Assembly: GCA_043741945.1 (NCBI GenBank)
Contig: JAYTZT010000001.1
Coordinates: 48,617-112,616, forward strand
DNA from: Candidatus Altimarinota bacterium
GTDB lineage: Bacteria; Patescibacteriota; Gracilibacteria; BD1-5; UBA2023
DNA: 64,000 nt
Direction: 5' to 3'
Below, piece by piece: positions 1 to 10,466 of this stretch. Below the pieces are notes generated by a model. That model worked only from the letters and a program-made list of their open reading frames with translations, was not told the origin of the DNA and made no database searches. The position numbers and the translations under genes are program-made. The stretch's first letter is position 1, and each line of letters starts with the position of its first letter.

Positions 1-91
1 GAGTCAAACTCCAGAATTTGCAAATAAATTCGAGAATTGAGCTGAAATCCTAAAAATTATACGAAATGATCAAACGTCTCTTTTTGATAAT

Positions 92-649
92 ATGTATGAT
101 TTTTTTCGAATTGGGGTCGGACATATCCTCAGTGGACCAGATCATATATTATTTGTTCTATCTCTCCTTTTAGTATTTATATCATGGAAGGATATTTTGA
201 AATTGACAGGAATTTTTACAATCGCACATAGCATAACACTGATACTTGCAGGAACTGGAATCCTGGTATTGAGTTCTCGCATCGTGGAACCTATGATTGC
301 ACTTTCCATTGCATATGTCGCGCTTACTTCAGTATTTTTAAAAGGTAAATTATTTGTCTGAAATAATCGATCAAAAATGGTAGCAATATTTTTCTTTGGA
401 TTATTTCATGGACTGGGATTTGCTGGTCTTTTACAAGAGATCAATATTCCCAAGGATAAATTCATCTCTTCTCTATTAGCGTTTAACCTGGGTATCGAGT
501 GAGGACAACTGATCATTGTATGACTTGCTTTTCCTATAATCTACCTTTATAAGAATAAAAAATGGTATAATCAGGCAATACAGATATTTTCCACGATTAT
601 TATTTTTATAGCTCTATATTGGTTTGTGGAAAGAATTATAAATGTTTAG
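92..649 (+). CDS. HupE/UreJ_2-family membrane protein
   Basis: ATG 92 to TAG 647..649, with 3 in-frame TGA read as Gly. Motifs VGHILSGPDHILFVL, FTIAHSITL and GLFHGLGFAG, plus several hydrophobic helices. The frame stays open to the window edge, so the start is provisional. Confidence 0.6.
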
Positions 650-780
650 TATCAGGTACAAATTCCATATTAGAAAAACTCTGTAAAAAAATATGATATA
701 TGTATTTTAAACTAAAAATACACCCTATAGTATAATTTATAGTATATATACTATTTACTAAAATTTCAATCTAAAAAATT

Positions 781-1030
781 ATTTGTCTACTATTTGTCTT
801 TTCATCTGGAATAATTTATTTTATACTAAAAAAGAGTCTTTCAGGGAACGTGCATCTATCATTAGTTTTCTCTAACAACTATGTGCTCATAGCAAATAGT
901 TCTGTGATTGCAGCTCATAGCTCTATACGTCACAACTCGCTATACAATAATGTTCCTATAAGGAATATGTTGATCATCATATCTATAGAGATCCATACAA
1001 ATGACATAAACGACCTGAAAGATCCATTTT
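781..1030. repeat. conserved non-coding element, copy A (partner 4208..4458)
   Basis: Colinear by-eye alignment with 4208..4458, roughly two thirds identical. Shared blocks: ATTTGTCT..TTTGTCTTTTC, AGTCTTT, CGTGCATCT, TTTTCTCT, TGTGATTG, ACAATAAT, ATAGAGA, AACGACYTGAAAGATCYATTTT. No long ORF under table 25. Confidence 0.6.
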
Positions 1031-1346
1031 TTAAAAATTATCTATACTATGCAACTAATAATACAAAGAAACTTTATAATCTGATTTATTACCTTATTAT
1101 TATTTTTTTGTATATGAATCAAAAATCAAATGTTCCTCTCGGAAAAATTACAATACTCTAAGAAAATACAGACGTATCAATTTATAGATAATTTCCCATA
1201 AATATAGAAACTATAAAATATATAATAATTATTTTGTAGTTTCTATATTTTTATTTTGATTTTCCCTAATTAATAGAGAAATTAGTGAAAAAAATTCTAA
1301 ATACAAATCATGCATGTAAAAATTATATATTATAAAATTACTTCCT

Positions 1347-4076
1347 ATGAACAAAATAGAAAAAAATGCTTTATTTCAAAAGCTACGACGAAAAATACTC
1401 TCATTTTTTTTAGTATTTTCGATAGTAGGCTCAATAATACAGTCCCTAGTATGAGTCTATGCTGTTGTTATAAATGGAACTGGGAATACTCTATCAGGAA
1501 CGAATAATAATTTTATTAATCTTTCCAATTCGGGTGCATATGCAATTAATTTCGTATTAAATGGTACTCTAGATATAGGAGATACCTTTTTGTTGACAGC
1601 AATAGATAATTCGGGGGCAACATTAGTAAACTCCTATCTCTCAGCAAGTGGTGGAGAATCATCTGGATCTCTACTCCTCAATTTCGCAAGTAGTGGATTC
1701 CAACAATGATCTATTAGTTATAGCGGAATCGTCTATTCATGAAGTAATACAAATCAAATAGTAGCATCTGGTATGACGCTTATGGGAGTACTCGATACTA
1801 CCCGTCCAGTAGTGACTCTGGTTGGCTCAGGTACAGTTAATATATCTCAAGGGGGCACCTATTCTGAGTCGGGTGCTACTTGGAGAGATAATCTCGATGG
1901 AAGTGGAACGCTGAGTGTAGCTAATTCTGGAAGTGTGAACACCACTATATCAGGAAGCTATATACTAGAATATAGAAAAACAGATACTGCGGGTAATATT
2001 TCACCTACTATATCCCGTACAATCAATGTAATAGGAAGTGGGGATACGATAGCACCAATTGTTACTATCACTTCTCATGCTAATAATAATATAGTGACAG
2101 GATTCCCAACGCTCTCTGGTACAGTATCAGATACAGGATGAATAACGAGTGTCACTGTAAATGGAGTTATGGCAAACCTCGGAAGCTGAACATGGACAAA
2201 TACGCTATATAGCCTTTCAGGAGGTAATAATACTATAACAGTAGTAGCAACTGATACTACAGGAAATACAGGATCAACATCTATAATCTTGAATCGAGTA
2301 TCCGTACCCAACAATACAAATGTGGTCCTCTCAGGAAGCAGGAGTGCTACAGTGAGTTTTGCAACAGATATAACTGCGACAGGTATAGTACTTTATGGAA
2401 CTGGAGCTAGTACCTTGGATCAAAGTGCTACTGGTACAGCTATAGCAACTCAGCATAGTTTTGTATTCACTGGACTGATACCAAATACTATTTATTACTT
2501 CCTCGTGCAAGGACAAAATGGTATACAATCAGATACTATACAATTCAAAACTCCTATTCAACTTAATACGAGCACATTATCTGGATCTACAGTTGCCATA
2601 GGTTCTGTGTATTTGAGTGGATTCACGGCAACTGGTGTGACTTTTTCTCAGAGTGGTTCCCTAACTATATTGAGTTTGGGTGCTAGTGGAGGATCTCTCT
2701 ATATTCCTCTAAATAATTTGATCATAACTACCTCTTGAGGTATTTGGGATGGCGTTATTCAGGCACCTACATTGACGAACTATCCTGTGATCATGTCGCT
2801 CTCAGGTTATGCAATCATCGGAACTGCATATCAGATCGGTAATGTGAATACTGAACTCTTTTTTTCAGGACAAGTAGTCACAGTATCCATAAACCTAGGT
2901 ACCGATTTCACTTTAAAAAATATTAAGATATACAAATCCCCTAACCAAGGCATTACATATACTGAAATAGGTACATGTACTATTACAAATTGATGAGATT
3001 GTATATTCACTACCAATCAGCTTTCTCGCTTCGCTTTTGCAGTAGCTGGTGATACAGTACCAGATAGTTTCAGTTTTTCAGGTGTATCAAATACAGAATT
3101 ATCCACTCCATATATATCCAATCCAATTACTGTATTGGGTATCAATGGGCAAGTTGTAGTATCTATAGTGGGCGGTGAATACAGCATAAACAATGCCTCC
3201 TTTACTGCAATAAGCGGCACTACTAATTCTTGAGACATAATCAGAGTGAGGACTACCTCATCTTCATCTAATTCTACTACAAAGAGTGCAATTCTCACGG
3301 TTGGAGGATTCTCTACTATGTTTAGTACTACGACAAAAGTAGCAATAAATACTGGAACTATTGGATGAGGTGGAGGCGGAGGAGGTGGTGGAAGTTCCAG
3401 TCCTCTTGATATTTGTCCTACAGGAGACAAGTCTCCCAGTTTCTCTGATGGAACATGTAGTGTAAGCAATACTGGTAATATTATTATAACAACTATATCT
3501 ACGGGATCCTTTAATATACCAGCTATCATCATAGCCAACTCCTGAGATCTACTGTTTTGAGATATTGATGAAAATTGGGCAAAGGATTATATTAATCGTC
3601 TGGCTATACGTGGCATCATAGATAATGTAGAGTTCTACCGTCCAAACTCGAGCTTGACTCGTGCTGAATTTTTGAAAATTGTGATCAATACAACAGGATG
3701 GCCTATATCCACAACAGAACTCAATATTCCATTTAGCGATGTATCTAGAAATTTCTGGTATGCTCAGTATGTATCTTTCGCATTATCAAAAGGAATGATC
3801 CAAAATAGTACCAGATTTCGTCCCAATGATTCTATTAGTCGTGCAGAAGCTACCAAAATTCTCATAACCGCTTTGGGCATAACAGCGAATAAGCCAACTC
3901 GTATGACTTTTGTTGATGTCAGTGCTACCCACACTCTAGCCAAATATATCGAAGCTGCTGTATCCCTCAATATACTCTCTGGTCAGATAATAGGTGGACG
4001 TAAAATATTCCGTCCTAGTGATTCAATGACACGATCTGAGATATCCAAAGTTGTAGTAAATGCATTCCGTCTTTAG
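1347..4076 (+). CDS. large secreted cell-surface protein (signal/TM, DUF5011-type Ig-like and FN3-like modules, Gly-run linker, three C-terminal SLH domains)
   Basis: Standard-code ORFs 1773, 2289, 2772 and 3654 are all in frame 0 and join through TGA=Gly (909 aa, TAG 4074..4076). RPVVTLVGSGTVNISQGGTYSESGATWRDNLDGSG is DUF5011-like. ATVSFATD..YYFLVQG is FN3-like. There are three SLH-like units: FGDIDENWAKDYINRL..LTRAEFLKI, FSDVSRNFWYAQYVSFA..ISRAEATKI and FVDVSATHTLAKYIEAA..MTRSEISKV. Confidence 0.8.
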
Positions 4077-4085
4077 GCTTTCTAT

Positions 4086-4131
4086 CCTATAAAAAAATAC
4101 TCCTTGAATTTAAGGAGTATTTTTTTATAGG
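4086..4131 (+). terminator. rho-independent terminator (long perfect palindrome plus T-run)
   Basis: CCTATAAAAAAATACTCCTT-GAATTT-AAGGAGTATTTTTTTATAGG, starting 10 nt after the stop at 4076. Confidence 0.75.
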
Positions 4132-4207
4132 ATTCATAAATCATAGGCATAAGATAGAGTTTGAAGAATTATAAGAAATTAAAATTTCTTATAATAGAAG
4201 ATGAATA

Positions 4208-4458
4208 ATTTGTCTTTTTTTTGTCTTTTCTTCTCTAAAAATATTTCATATACTTAATTTAGTCTTTTGAAAAGCGTGCATCTGTTCTTACCTTTTCTCT
4301 GCAAATTTATGCATTTTAGGCAATAAGCTTTGTGATTGGAGACATAGTCTCACTTCATCACAGCTTGCCACACAATAATCTTAGTCTAACTAGATTATTG
4401 ACTATCGCATCAATAGAGACTAAAATAAGAACAATAACGACTTTGAAAGATCTATTTT
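4208..4458. repeat. conserved non-coding element, copy B (partner 781..1030)
   Basis: See copy A. Lies upstream of the small Gly/Ser-rich gene at 4723. The motif TTTTTTGTATATGAAT around that gene's start also recurs at 1105..1120. Confidence 0.6.
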
Positions 4459-4722
4459 CTCCACACTATAATCAGTTAGTTAGATTACGGATATATCTCA
4501 ACAGAGATCTGTCTGAAAAATATATTTTAATACTTTTATTAACGAGATAGTATATTGTAAAACGGACTTCTCCGTTATGTTTAATCTTTATTACTATTCT
4601 CTAATAAAAATGTGTTACTATATCTTACTTCAAAATGAATTCGAAAGATTTACATTGAATTTATCTGTATAACTATTTGTGTAGGAACAAAATATGAATT
4701 ATTATATTTTAATTTTTTGTAT

Positions 4723-4956
4723 ATGAATACGTTTAATACTGGATCTCAGGATGGAAGTGGTCAACCAAAGAAAGGTTTTATACCAACTAACACTGGATCT
4801 CAGGATGGAAGTGGTCAACCAAAGAAAGGTTTTCACGCAATGGCTGATTCTAGTGGCGACTCAAAAGATGGAAGAAAGGATAATAATGGTTCTTCTTCTA
4901 GTGGAGGGTCTGGTGGTGGAAAATCATCTTCTAGCTCTTCAAATAGCAAGAAATAG
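4723..4956 (+). CDS. small low-complexity Gly/Ser/Lys-rich protein with internal duplication
   Basis: ATG 4723 (a TTG lies at 4717) to TAG 4954..4956. TGSQDGSGQPKKGF occurs twice. C-terminal SSSSGGSGGGKSSSSSSNSKK. No homology recognised. Confidence 0.4.
   Translation: MNTFNTGSQDGSGQPKKGFIPTNTGSQDGSGQPKKGFHAMADSSGDSKDGRKDNNGSSSSGGSGGGKSSSSSSNSKK
4738..4833 (+). repeat. perfect 42-bp direct repeat, period 54 bp, inside the small gene
   Basis: ACTGGATCTCAGGATGGAAGTGGTCAACCAAAGAAAGGTTTT at 4738..4779 and again at 4792..4833. Confidence 0.9.
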
Positions 4957-5012
4957 ATTACAGTATATTACTAACTTTACTCTATATGAATACTTGAAAT
5001 AACCATGATGAT

Positions 5013-5147
5013 ATGGATACTAAGAAAAGTGGTGCAGGAATGGGCCAGGGTGATATGGGAACACCAGGTCAGTCTGGAAATCTAGATGAGATGCCAGAAA
5101 ATACTGGTAATCCATCACACAAAGCAAATGAACAGATGTGACGGTAA
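5013..5147 (+). CDS. small Gly/Pro-rich hypothetical protein (44 aa)
   Basis: ATG 5013, one in-frame TGA, TAA 5145..5147. A strong terminator follows 17 nt later. No homology recognised, so this is weak. Confidence 0.3.
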
Positions 5148-5163
5148 GTATCTCATATTATAT

Positions 5164-5199
5164 AAAAAAATACCCATCAAGATTGATGGGTATTTTTTA
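5164..5199 (+). terminator. rho-independent terminator
   Basis: AAAAAAATACCCATC-AAGATT-GATGGGTATTTTTT. Confidence 0.7.
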
Positions 5200-5213
5200 T
5201 TCTTTTAAAAAAA

Positions 5214-5655
5214 TGGTGGAGATGGCGGGCACCGCCCCCGCGTCGAAAAAGGTATATCATATATTTCTACTGTGTATAGCTCGATTTTAGTATTTTCGAG
5301 AATAGAGAATGAGCAAAAAACTCTCGAAAAAACACGATCTCTATATGAACTCTTTGCGAGAATTGTGTCAACGAGGCAAAGGAAAACTAAAAAGTATGAT
5401 ACTTCCCTATCAGTTTCAAGAAGTAAAAGTTGTAGCAGGCCATCCGGCACTCATCCGCCAAGGCGGAGGCTACACTATTGAAGCGATTAGGCAGCAATAG
5501 CGAACGCAGGAGTCACAGACTTCTTGAAAGAAGCTGCAAGACGAGCGAGAGGTGATGTTTTTGCATCTATTGTTTGCCCTTTGATAACGAGGCGAGCCGC
5601 CCCAACACAGCATATACGGCATACGAGTCTTTTCCTCGAATCCTATATCATCCCC
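5214..5655 (-). ncRNA. ssrA: tmRNA (transfer-messenger RNA)
   Basis: Minus-strand 5' end GGGGATGATATAGGATTCGAGG and 3' end GACGCGGGGGCGGTGCCCGCCATCTCCACCA. These form a 7-bp acceptor stem with the G3:U pair and an encoded CCA. The tag ORF (5487..5564) starts at GCA after AATAGAT and reads AKTSPLARLAASFKKSVTPAFAIAA-TAA. Confidence 0.85.
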
Positions 5656-5837
5656 AGAATGTTAAAGAACAAAGATATAGTAGCGAAAAATGAGAAAAAT
5701 GCAACTGGATTCACTTATAATTCAGATACATATTACTTATTTACCAAAAAAATATATATTATTTTCTTAAATTTTCTCCTATGGGTTTCTTTAGTATTGT
5801 TAGTAGTATTGTATGATTATATATGATCTGAGATCTG

Positions 5838-6338
5838 ATGTATCAGTTCTACAAAAAATCTAGTTCTAGTAATTTAGATTTTAAAATAAATTTTATTGAA
5901 ATAATTCAAGTAACATGTATGTCATCAATAGTAATTAGCATATTACTTTTCCTCAGCATAACAATAGATGGATGGTATATGACATATGGCTACACTATAC
6001 CAGAAATAATAGCTGGATTATCTTGTTTTTTAATATTTCTAATTTTATCTATTTTTAGTATAAAGAAAGATCTTTACCCATTATGAAAATTGTTATGAAT
6101 GCTATGTATAACTCTCATTCCTTCACTTCTATTATATGTTGATTACCAAAAAGAATATCCATGAAGTTTTGGTACTAATGGTATAAATATATGGATCATA
6201 ACATATATTTTAGCAACTATTTGTAGTATTTGTTTCATTACCGGATTTTTGCAAAGTAAAGATCATACCTATACAACACCTTTAACTAAAAAAACGAATC
6301 TTTTTGCATATTTCATACTTCCTTTTTTTCTATCCTAG
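5838..6338 (+). CDS. hypothetical multi-pass membrane protein
   Basis: ATG 5838 to TAG 6336..6338, 3 in-frame TGA, 166 aa with four hydrophobic segments. No family recognised. Confidence 0.45.
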
Positions 6339-6389
6339 GATTATTGTTTCTTCTTGGAGTATTTTTAGTTTCATCACATTAATAAAAAT

Positions 6390-6420
6390 CCCCCATATAG
6401 CGAATCCAAACGCAAGGGGG
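6390..6420 (-). terminator. GC-rich hairpin followed by a T-run on the minus strand
   Basis: Minus strand reads CCCCCTTGCGTTTGGATTCGCTATATGGGGGATTTTTATT. It lies between the convergent genes 5838..6338 and 6445..6909. Confidence 0.6.
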
Positions 6421-6444
6421 ATAAAACAAGGATGAGGATCGAGA

Positions 6445-6909
6445 CTATCGACTGTGGAGTGTTGCGAGTATGGTTTTAGCTCGACCAGAGGAGAGATCTC
6501 ACTCGATCATTGCTATACCATTTGGCAAGCGGGAGTAGCTGCGTGGATTTTTTCATGTATTTTGTGATTCTATCTCTTGTATAGAGAGTGTGGAATAAAA
6601 AGATACCCGAATCGAATCCTTATCATAGACGACTCCCTCTCAAGGACGGATCTCGACTTGATCAACGCTACCATTTCCTTTTTTCGCATAAGTATCTCAT
6701 GGAAAACTCGTGAATCCATAACCAATTTTGTCATTCCAATAATTGGATGTCAATATAGAAGGTTTCACTGGTACATCTCTGAGGGATACACTACTGTTAC
6801 TATAAGTAGTAGAAAATAGATATATTCCTGACAGAACCATGAGAGTACATATTGCTTGCATGAACTCTGCTCCACTTCGTCGGGGCCTCTGAGAGACTGT
6901 ATGTTTCAT
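6445..6909 (-). CDS. hypothetical secreted protein (154 aa)
   Basis: Uninterrupted only under table 25 (4 TGA). N-terminus MKHTVSQRPRRSGAEFMQAICTLMVLSGIYLF looks like a signal peptide. TAG at 6445..6447, terminator downstream. Confidence 0.4.
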
Positions 6910-7071
6910 AACCTTTACAAAAAGAACAAAATAATTATAGCATATAAAAATAGAGAAGTCAATATATTTGATAAAAAATAATATATGTCAAATATACTTG
7001 ATTGCTTTCCACTCGATTTTTTCGATTTTTTCTATATAGTGCTAATATACTTATCACAACTCATTGTTACT

Positions 7072-8607
7072 ATGTCCCTCCACCTCTACAACACCCTAAC
7101 TCGTACACTCGAACGATTCAAGCCACTCAAACAAGAAGAAGTCAAAGTTTACTACTGTGGACCAACCCCCTACAACTATGCACATATCGGCAATCTGAGA
7201 TCCTACCTCTATGAGGATTTTGTTGTGCGGACCCTCAGATTCCTAGGTTATAGAGTAAAAACGGTGATGAATATTACCGATATCGATGATAAAACAATCC
7301 GAGACAGTCAGACATCAGGAAAGAGTCTACTAGAATTCACGGAATTTTATACTAAGGAATTTCTCCGAGACTTCGAAAAACTCAGTATACAAAAAGCAGA
7401 TATTATAGCTCCGATATCGACACTCATTGACGATATGGGGACGATGATACAGGGACTCATCGACAAGTGATATGCATACCTTGCAGATGATGGGAGTGTA
7501 TATTATTCAGTAGCAAAATTCAAAAAATATGGTCAACTCGCTCATCTCGATATGAAGTGTATGATCTCAAGTGTCCGTATCAACAATGATGAATATGATA
7601 AGGAACAAGTAGCAGATTTCGCACTGTGGAAGGCGTATAATAGCGAGAATGACTGAGAGAATGCCTGGGAGATAGAAGTTGTGATTGACTGAGACAAAAA
7701 AATACTCAAATGACGACCAGGATGGCATATCGAGTGTAGTGCTTGCAATATAAAATTCTTTGGTGCACAGATAGATATCCATATGGGTGGCTGTGATCTC
7801 ATATTCCCACACCATCAGAACGAAGTAGCACAGACGGAGGCATATACTGGGAAACAGTTTGCACAATACTGGATGCATGGAGGACATCTCCTCGTTGATA
7901 ACAAGAAGATGGCAAAAAGTGCTGGTAATTTTTATACTCTTCGCGATATTTTTAAGAAGAACTCAGACATTTCTGAGGTATTGATCGCAAGATGATTCCG
8001 TCTGATGGGTTTACAAAATCAATATAGGGAGAATTTTAACTACACGGCTGATCGACTCAAGGCAAGTATCAATACTATCACTGGACTCGATGAGATGATG
8101 CGGCGACTCGGCAGATACCAAACGACACTCATCGGAGAAGATATGGATATTGAGTGACTTGAGGATCTCCGCGAACGCAATGCGAAGGGACGACTCAAGT
8201 TCCATGAGATATCTCGTGAGTTCCGCGACAATCAGCAAGCATTTATGCAAGAGTTCATCGAGAAACTCGAGGACGACTTCGATACACTCGGTGCTATGAC
8301 CATAGTATTCGAATACCAGACGTATATTAATAAGAGTATCGATGATGCACTATTCTCGCTTGAAGAGTGCAAATCTATAATTGATTTCTTAAAAACTTGG
8401 AACGAGGTGATTGCGATATTTGATTTTGAGCTTTTACAAAACAATGAGATCATCCCAAAAGAGATGATAGCCCTACTGGCAGAGCGTAATGAGGCAAAAC
8501 TAAACAAAAACTATGCAGTGGCTGATCGTATCCGTGATAAACTTGATACAATGTGATACAAGATAATAGATGAGAAAAATGGTGCGAGAGTAGAAAAGAA
8601 GAAATAG
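7072..8607 (+). CDS. cysS: cysteine--tRNA ligase
   Basis: [11 protein letters not shown].., [13 protein letters not shown] (HIGH), [15 protein letters not shown]. Fragments 6985, 7783 and 8245 share one frame and join through about 7 TGA. TAG 8605..8607. Confidence 0.95.
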
Positions 8608-8651
8608 TTATAAGTATTGTTTATAGTTGTATATTTTAATTTTGGTAATTC

Positions 8652-10421
8652 ATGCTCACTTCCATCATCTCGGCTCATACCTCTGCTCTCTATCCGAATG
8701 TCTCATTCTCCCCTATTCTCTCAGCTCCACCGAAGAGTGAACACTGAGAATATTGTTTCGGGGTTTTCACCTTGGCGAAGCCACTCGGAAAGTCTCCAAA
8801 TCAGATTGCTGAGGAAATTGCAACCGAGCTCCGCAAAGATACTATTCACTTCACTCAGATCAATACGATCGGTGGATATGTGAACCTGAGCTGTACTGCA
8901 AGTGTATGGATGGATATCCTCAGTACTATACAAAATGGAGCTCACCAAGCTATTGGTAAATGTGCGATTATGGAAATTTTCTCTCTAAATGTTGGAAAGC
9001 CTATACATATTGGACATCTCTGTCCTACTTCTATAGGTCAAGCAATAGTAAATATACATCGATATCTCGGTTGGAATATCATAGTAGATAACCACATGGG
9101 CGATTGGGGAAGTCTCTTCGGAAAGCTGATAGTAGGATATCGTCGATATGGAAATATAGATAAACTCAAAGAAGATGGTGTAGAGCATCTCCAAGAACTC
9201 TATGTAAAAATAACAGCTGATATAGAAAATAATCCTACTGTAGATCAAGAATGCAAAGATACTTTTAAAAAGTTATCACAATGAGACACTGAACTTATGG
9301 CTCTCTGGTGAATCTTTACCAATACTTCCCTACAAAAAGCGAATTCAGTTATTGCTAAGCTTCATGTATATAATGATGTGGCTATAGGAGAGAGTTTTTA
9401 TGAGTGACTTCCTCTGCCAAAACTAGGAAATTACCCAGAATTACACTTTACAATGGATACTATCATTGCAGAACTCATAGAAAAAAAAATAGCCACAAAA
9501 AACGAAGATAATAGTGTAGGTATTGATTTTCAGAAATATATCGAAGAAAATGGCGAAAAACTCGGATATTCTCAGGAAGAAATAAAAGAAATCATGAAAC
9601 TGCCTTCAACTATACTCGAAAAGAGAGATGGAACACATGGATATCTAGCAAGTGATCTGGCCTGCATGAAATATCGTATGACGAATGGATGGAAGCCAAA
9701 TAAGATATCAATAGGAACTGATGTACGCCAAGCACTCCATTTTCGGCAGGTCTTTACTACATCTCGACTCGCTGGATGGGTAGATTCCATAGAACTTGTA
9801 CATATTGGCAATGGATTTATCTCACTTCCAGACGGAGCGATGAGTAGTCGAAAAGGGAATATTATTCGACTGGAGGATCTTATAGAAGAATGATTTTCTC
9901 GAACTAAGACAATTCTGAAAGAAAAATGAAGAATACTATCTGATCCGGATATCCAAGAAATCACAATCGGTGCTATCAAATATAGTTATCTTATGCAAGA
10001 CCGAGAGAGAAATGTCACTTTTGACTGGGACAAGGCGCTCAGCTTCGAAGGAAACTCTGGACCATATATCCAGTATGCATATGTGCGTGCCCAGAAAATC
10101 ATCGGAATAATAGCAAAAAAAGAGTACGACTTCTCCCAAATAAAGTGACTCTCTCCCCATGATACTGTTCTCATACGCACACTCGCTGAGATGGAGACTA
10201 AGATACAGATCACGGCTGACAGCTACAAACCACATATTCTCACACTCTACGCATATGAACTTGCTGTATGTTTCAATAGTTTCTATGTACATACTCCCAA
10301 AATTTTGGAAGAAAATGATGAGTTATTAAAAAATCTCCGACTCAATCTCTGTTCTTTAACAGCTCAAAAACTGAAACTCACATTCGAGCTACTTGCCATA
10401 CATATGCCAAGTGAGATGTAG
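8652..10421 (+). CDS. argS: arginine--tRNA ligase
   Basis: N-terminal EHGEYCFGVFTLAKPLGKSPNQIAEEI, KPIHIGHL (HIGH), and the C-terminal anticodon-binding end YVRAQKI..PHILTLYAYELA..FY. Fragments 8772, 9453 and 10191 are in frame. TAG 10419..10421. Confidence 0.95.
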
Positions 10422-10466
10422 ATATTTCATTTTGATTTTATCTCACTTTTCCCTACAATCAGCCAT

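Noticed and set aside
3017-3538. 173-aa minus-strand ORF with a poly-proline run
   Set aside because: It is the antisense shadow of the Gly-run linker (GGGGGGGGG) of the plus-strand surface protein 1347..4076.
5272-5500. Plus-strand ORFs 5272..5481, 5309..5500 and 5524..5826
   Set aside because: They overlap the tmRNA gene on the opposite strand. The open frames are a by-product of the structured RNA sequence.
5659-5877. Possible 72-aa membrane mini-protein starting 4 nt from the tmRNA 5' end
   Set aside because: It overlaps the better-supported 5838..6338 frame by 40 nt and would sit on the tmRNA promoter. There is no supporting motif, so I left it uncalled.
6340-6960. A large structured RNA (RNase P RNA, or a T-box leader for cysS) in the relatively GC-richer stretch upstream of cysS
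   Set aside because: I find no GAGGAAAGTCC / ACAGAA-type RNase P core and no T-box sequence on either strand. The minus strand is an uninterrupted 154-codon frame under table 25, with a signal-peptide-like start and its own terminator, so I called it a hypothetical CDS. Confidence is low either way.
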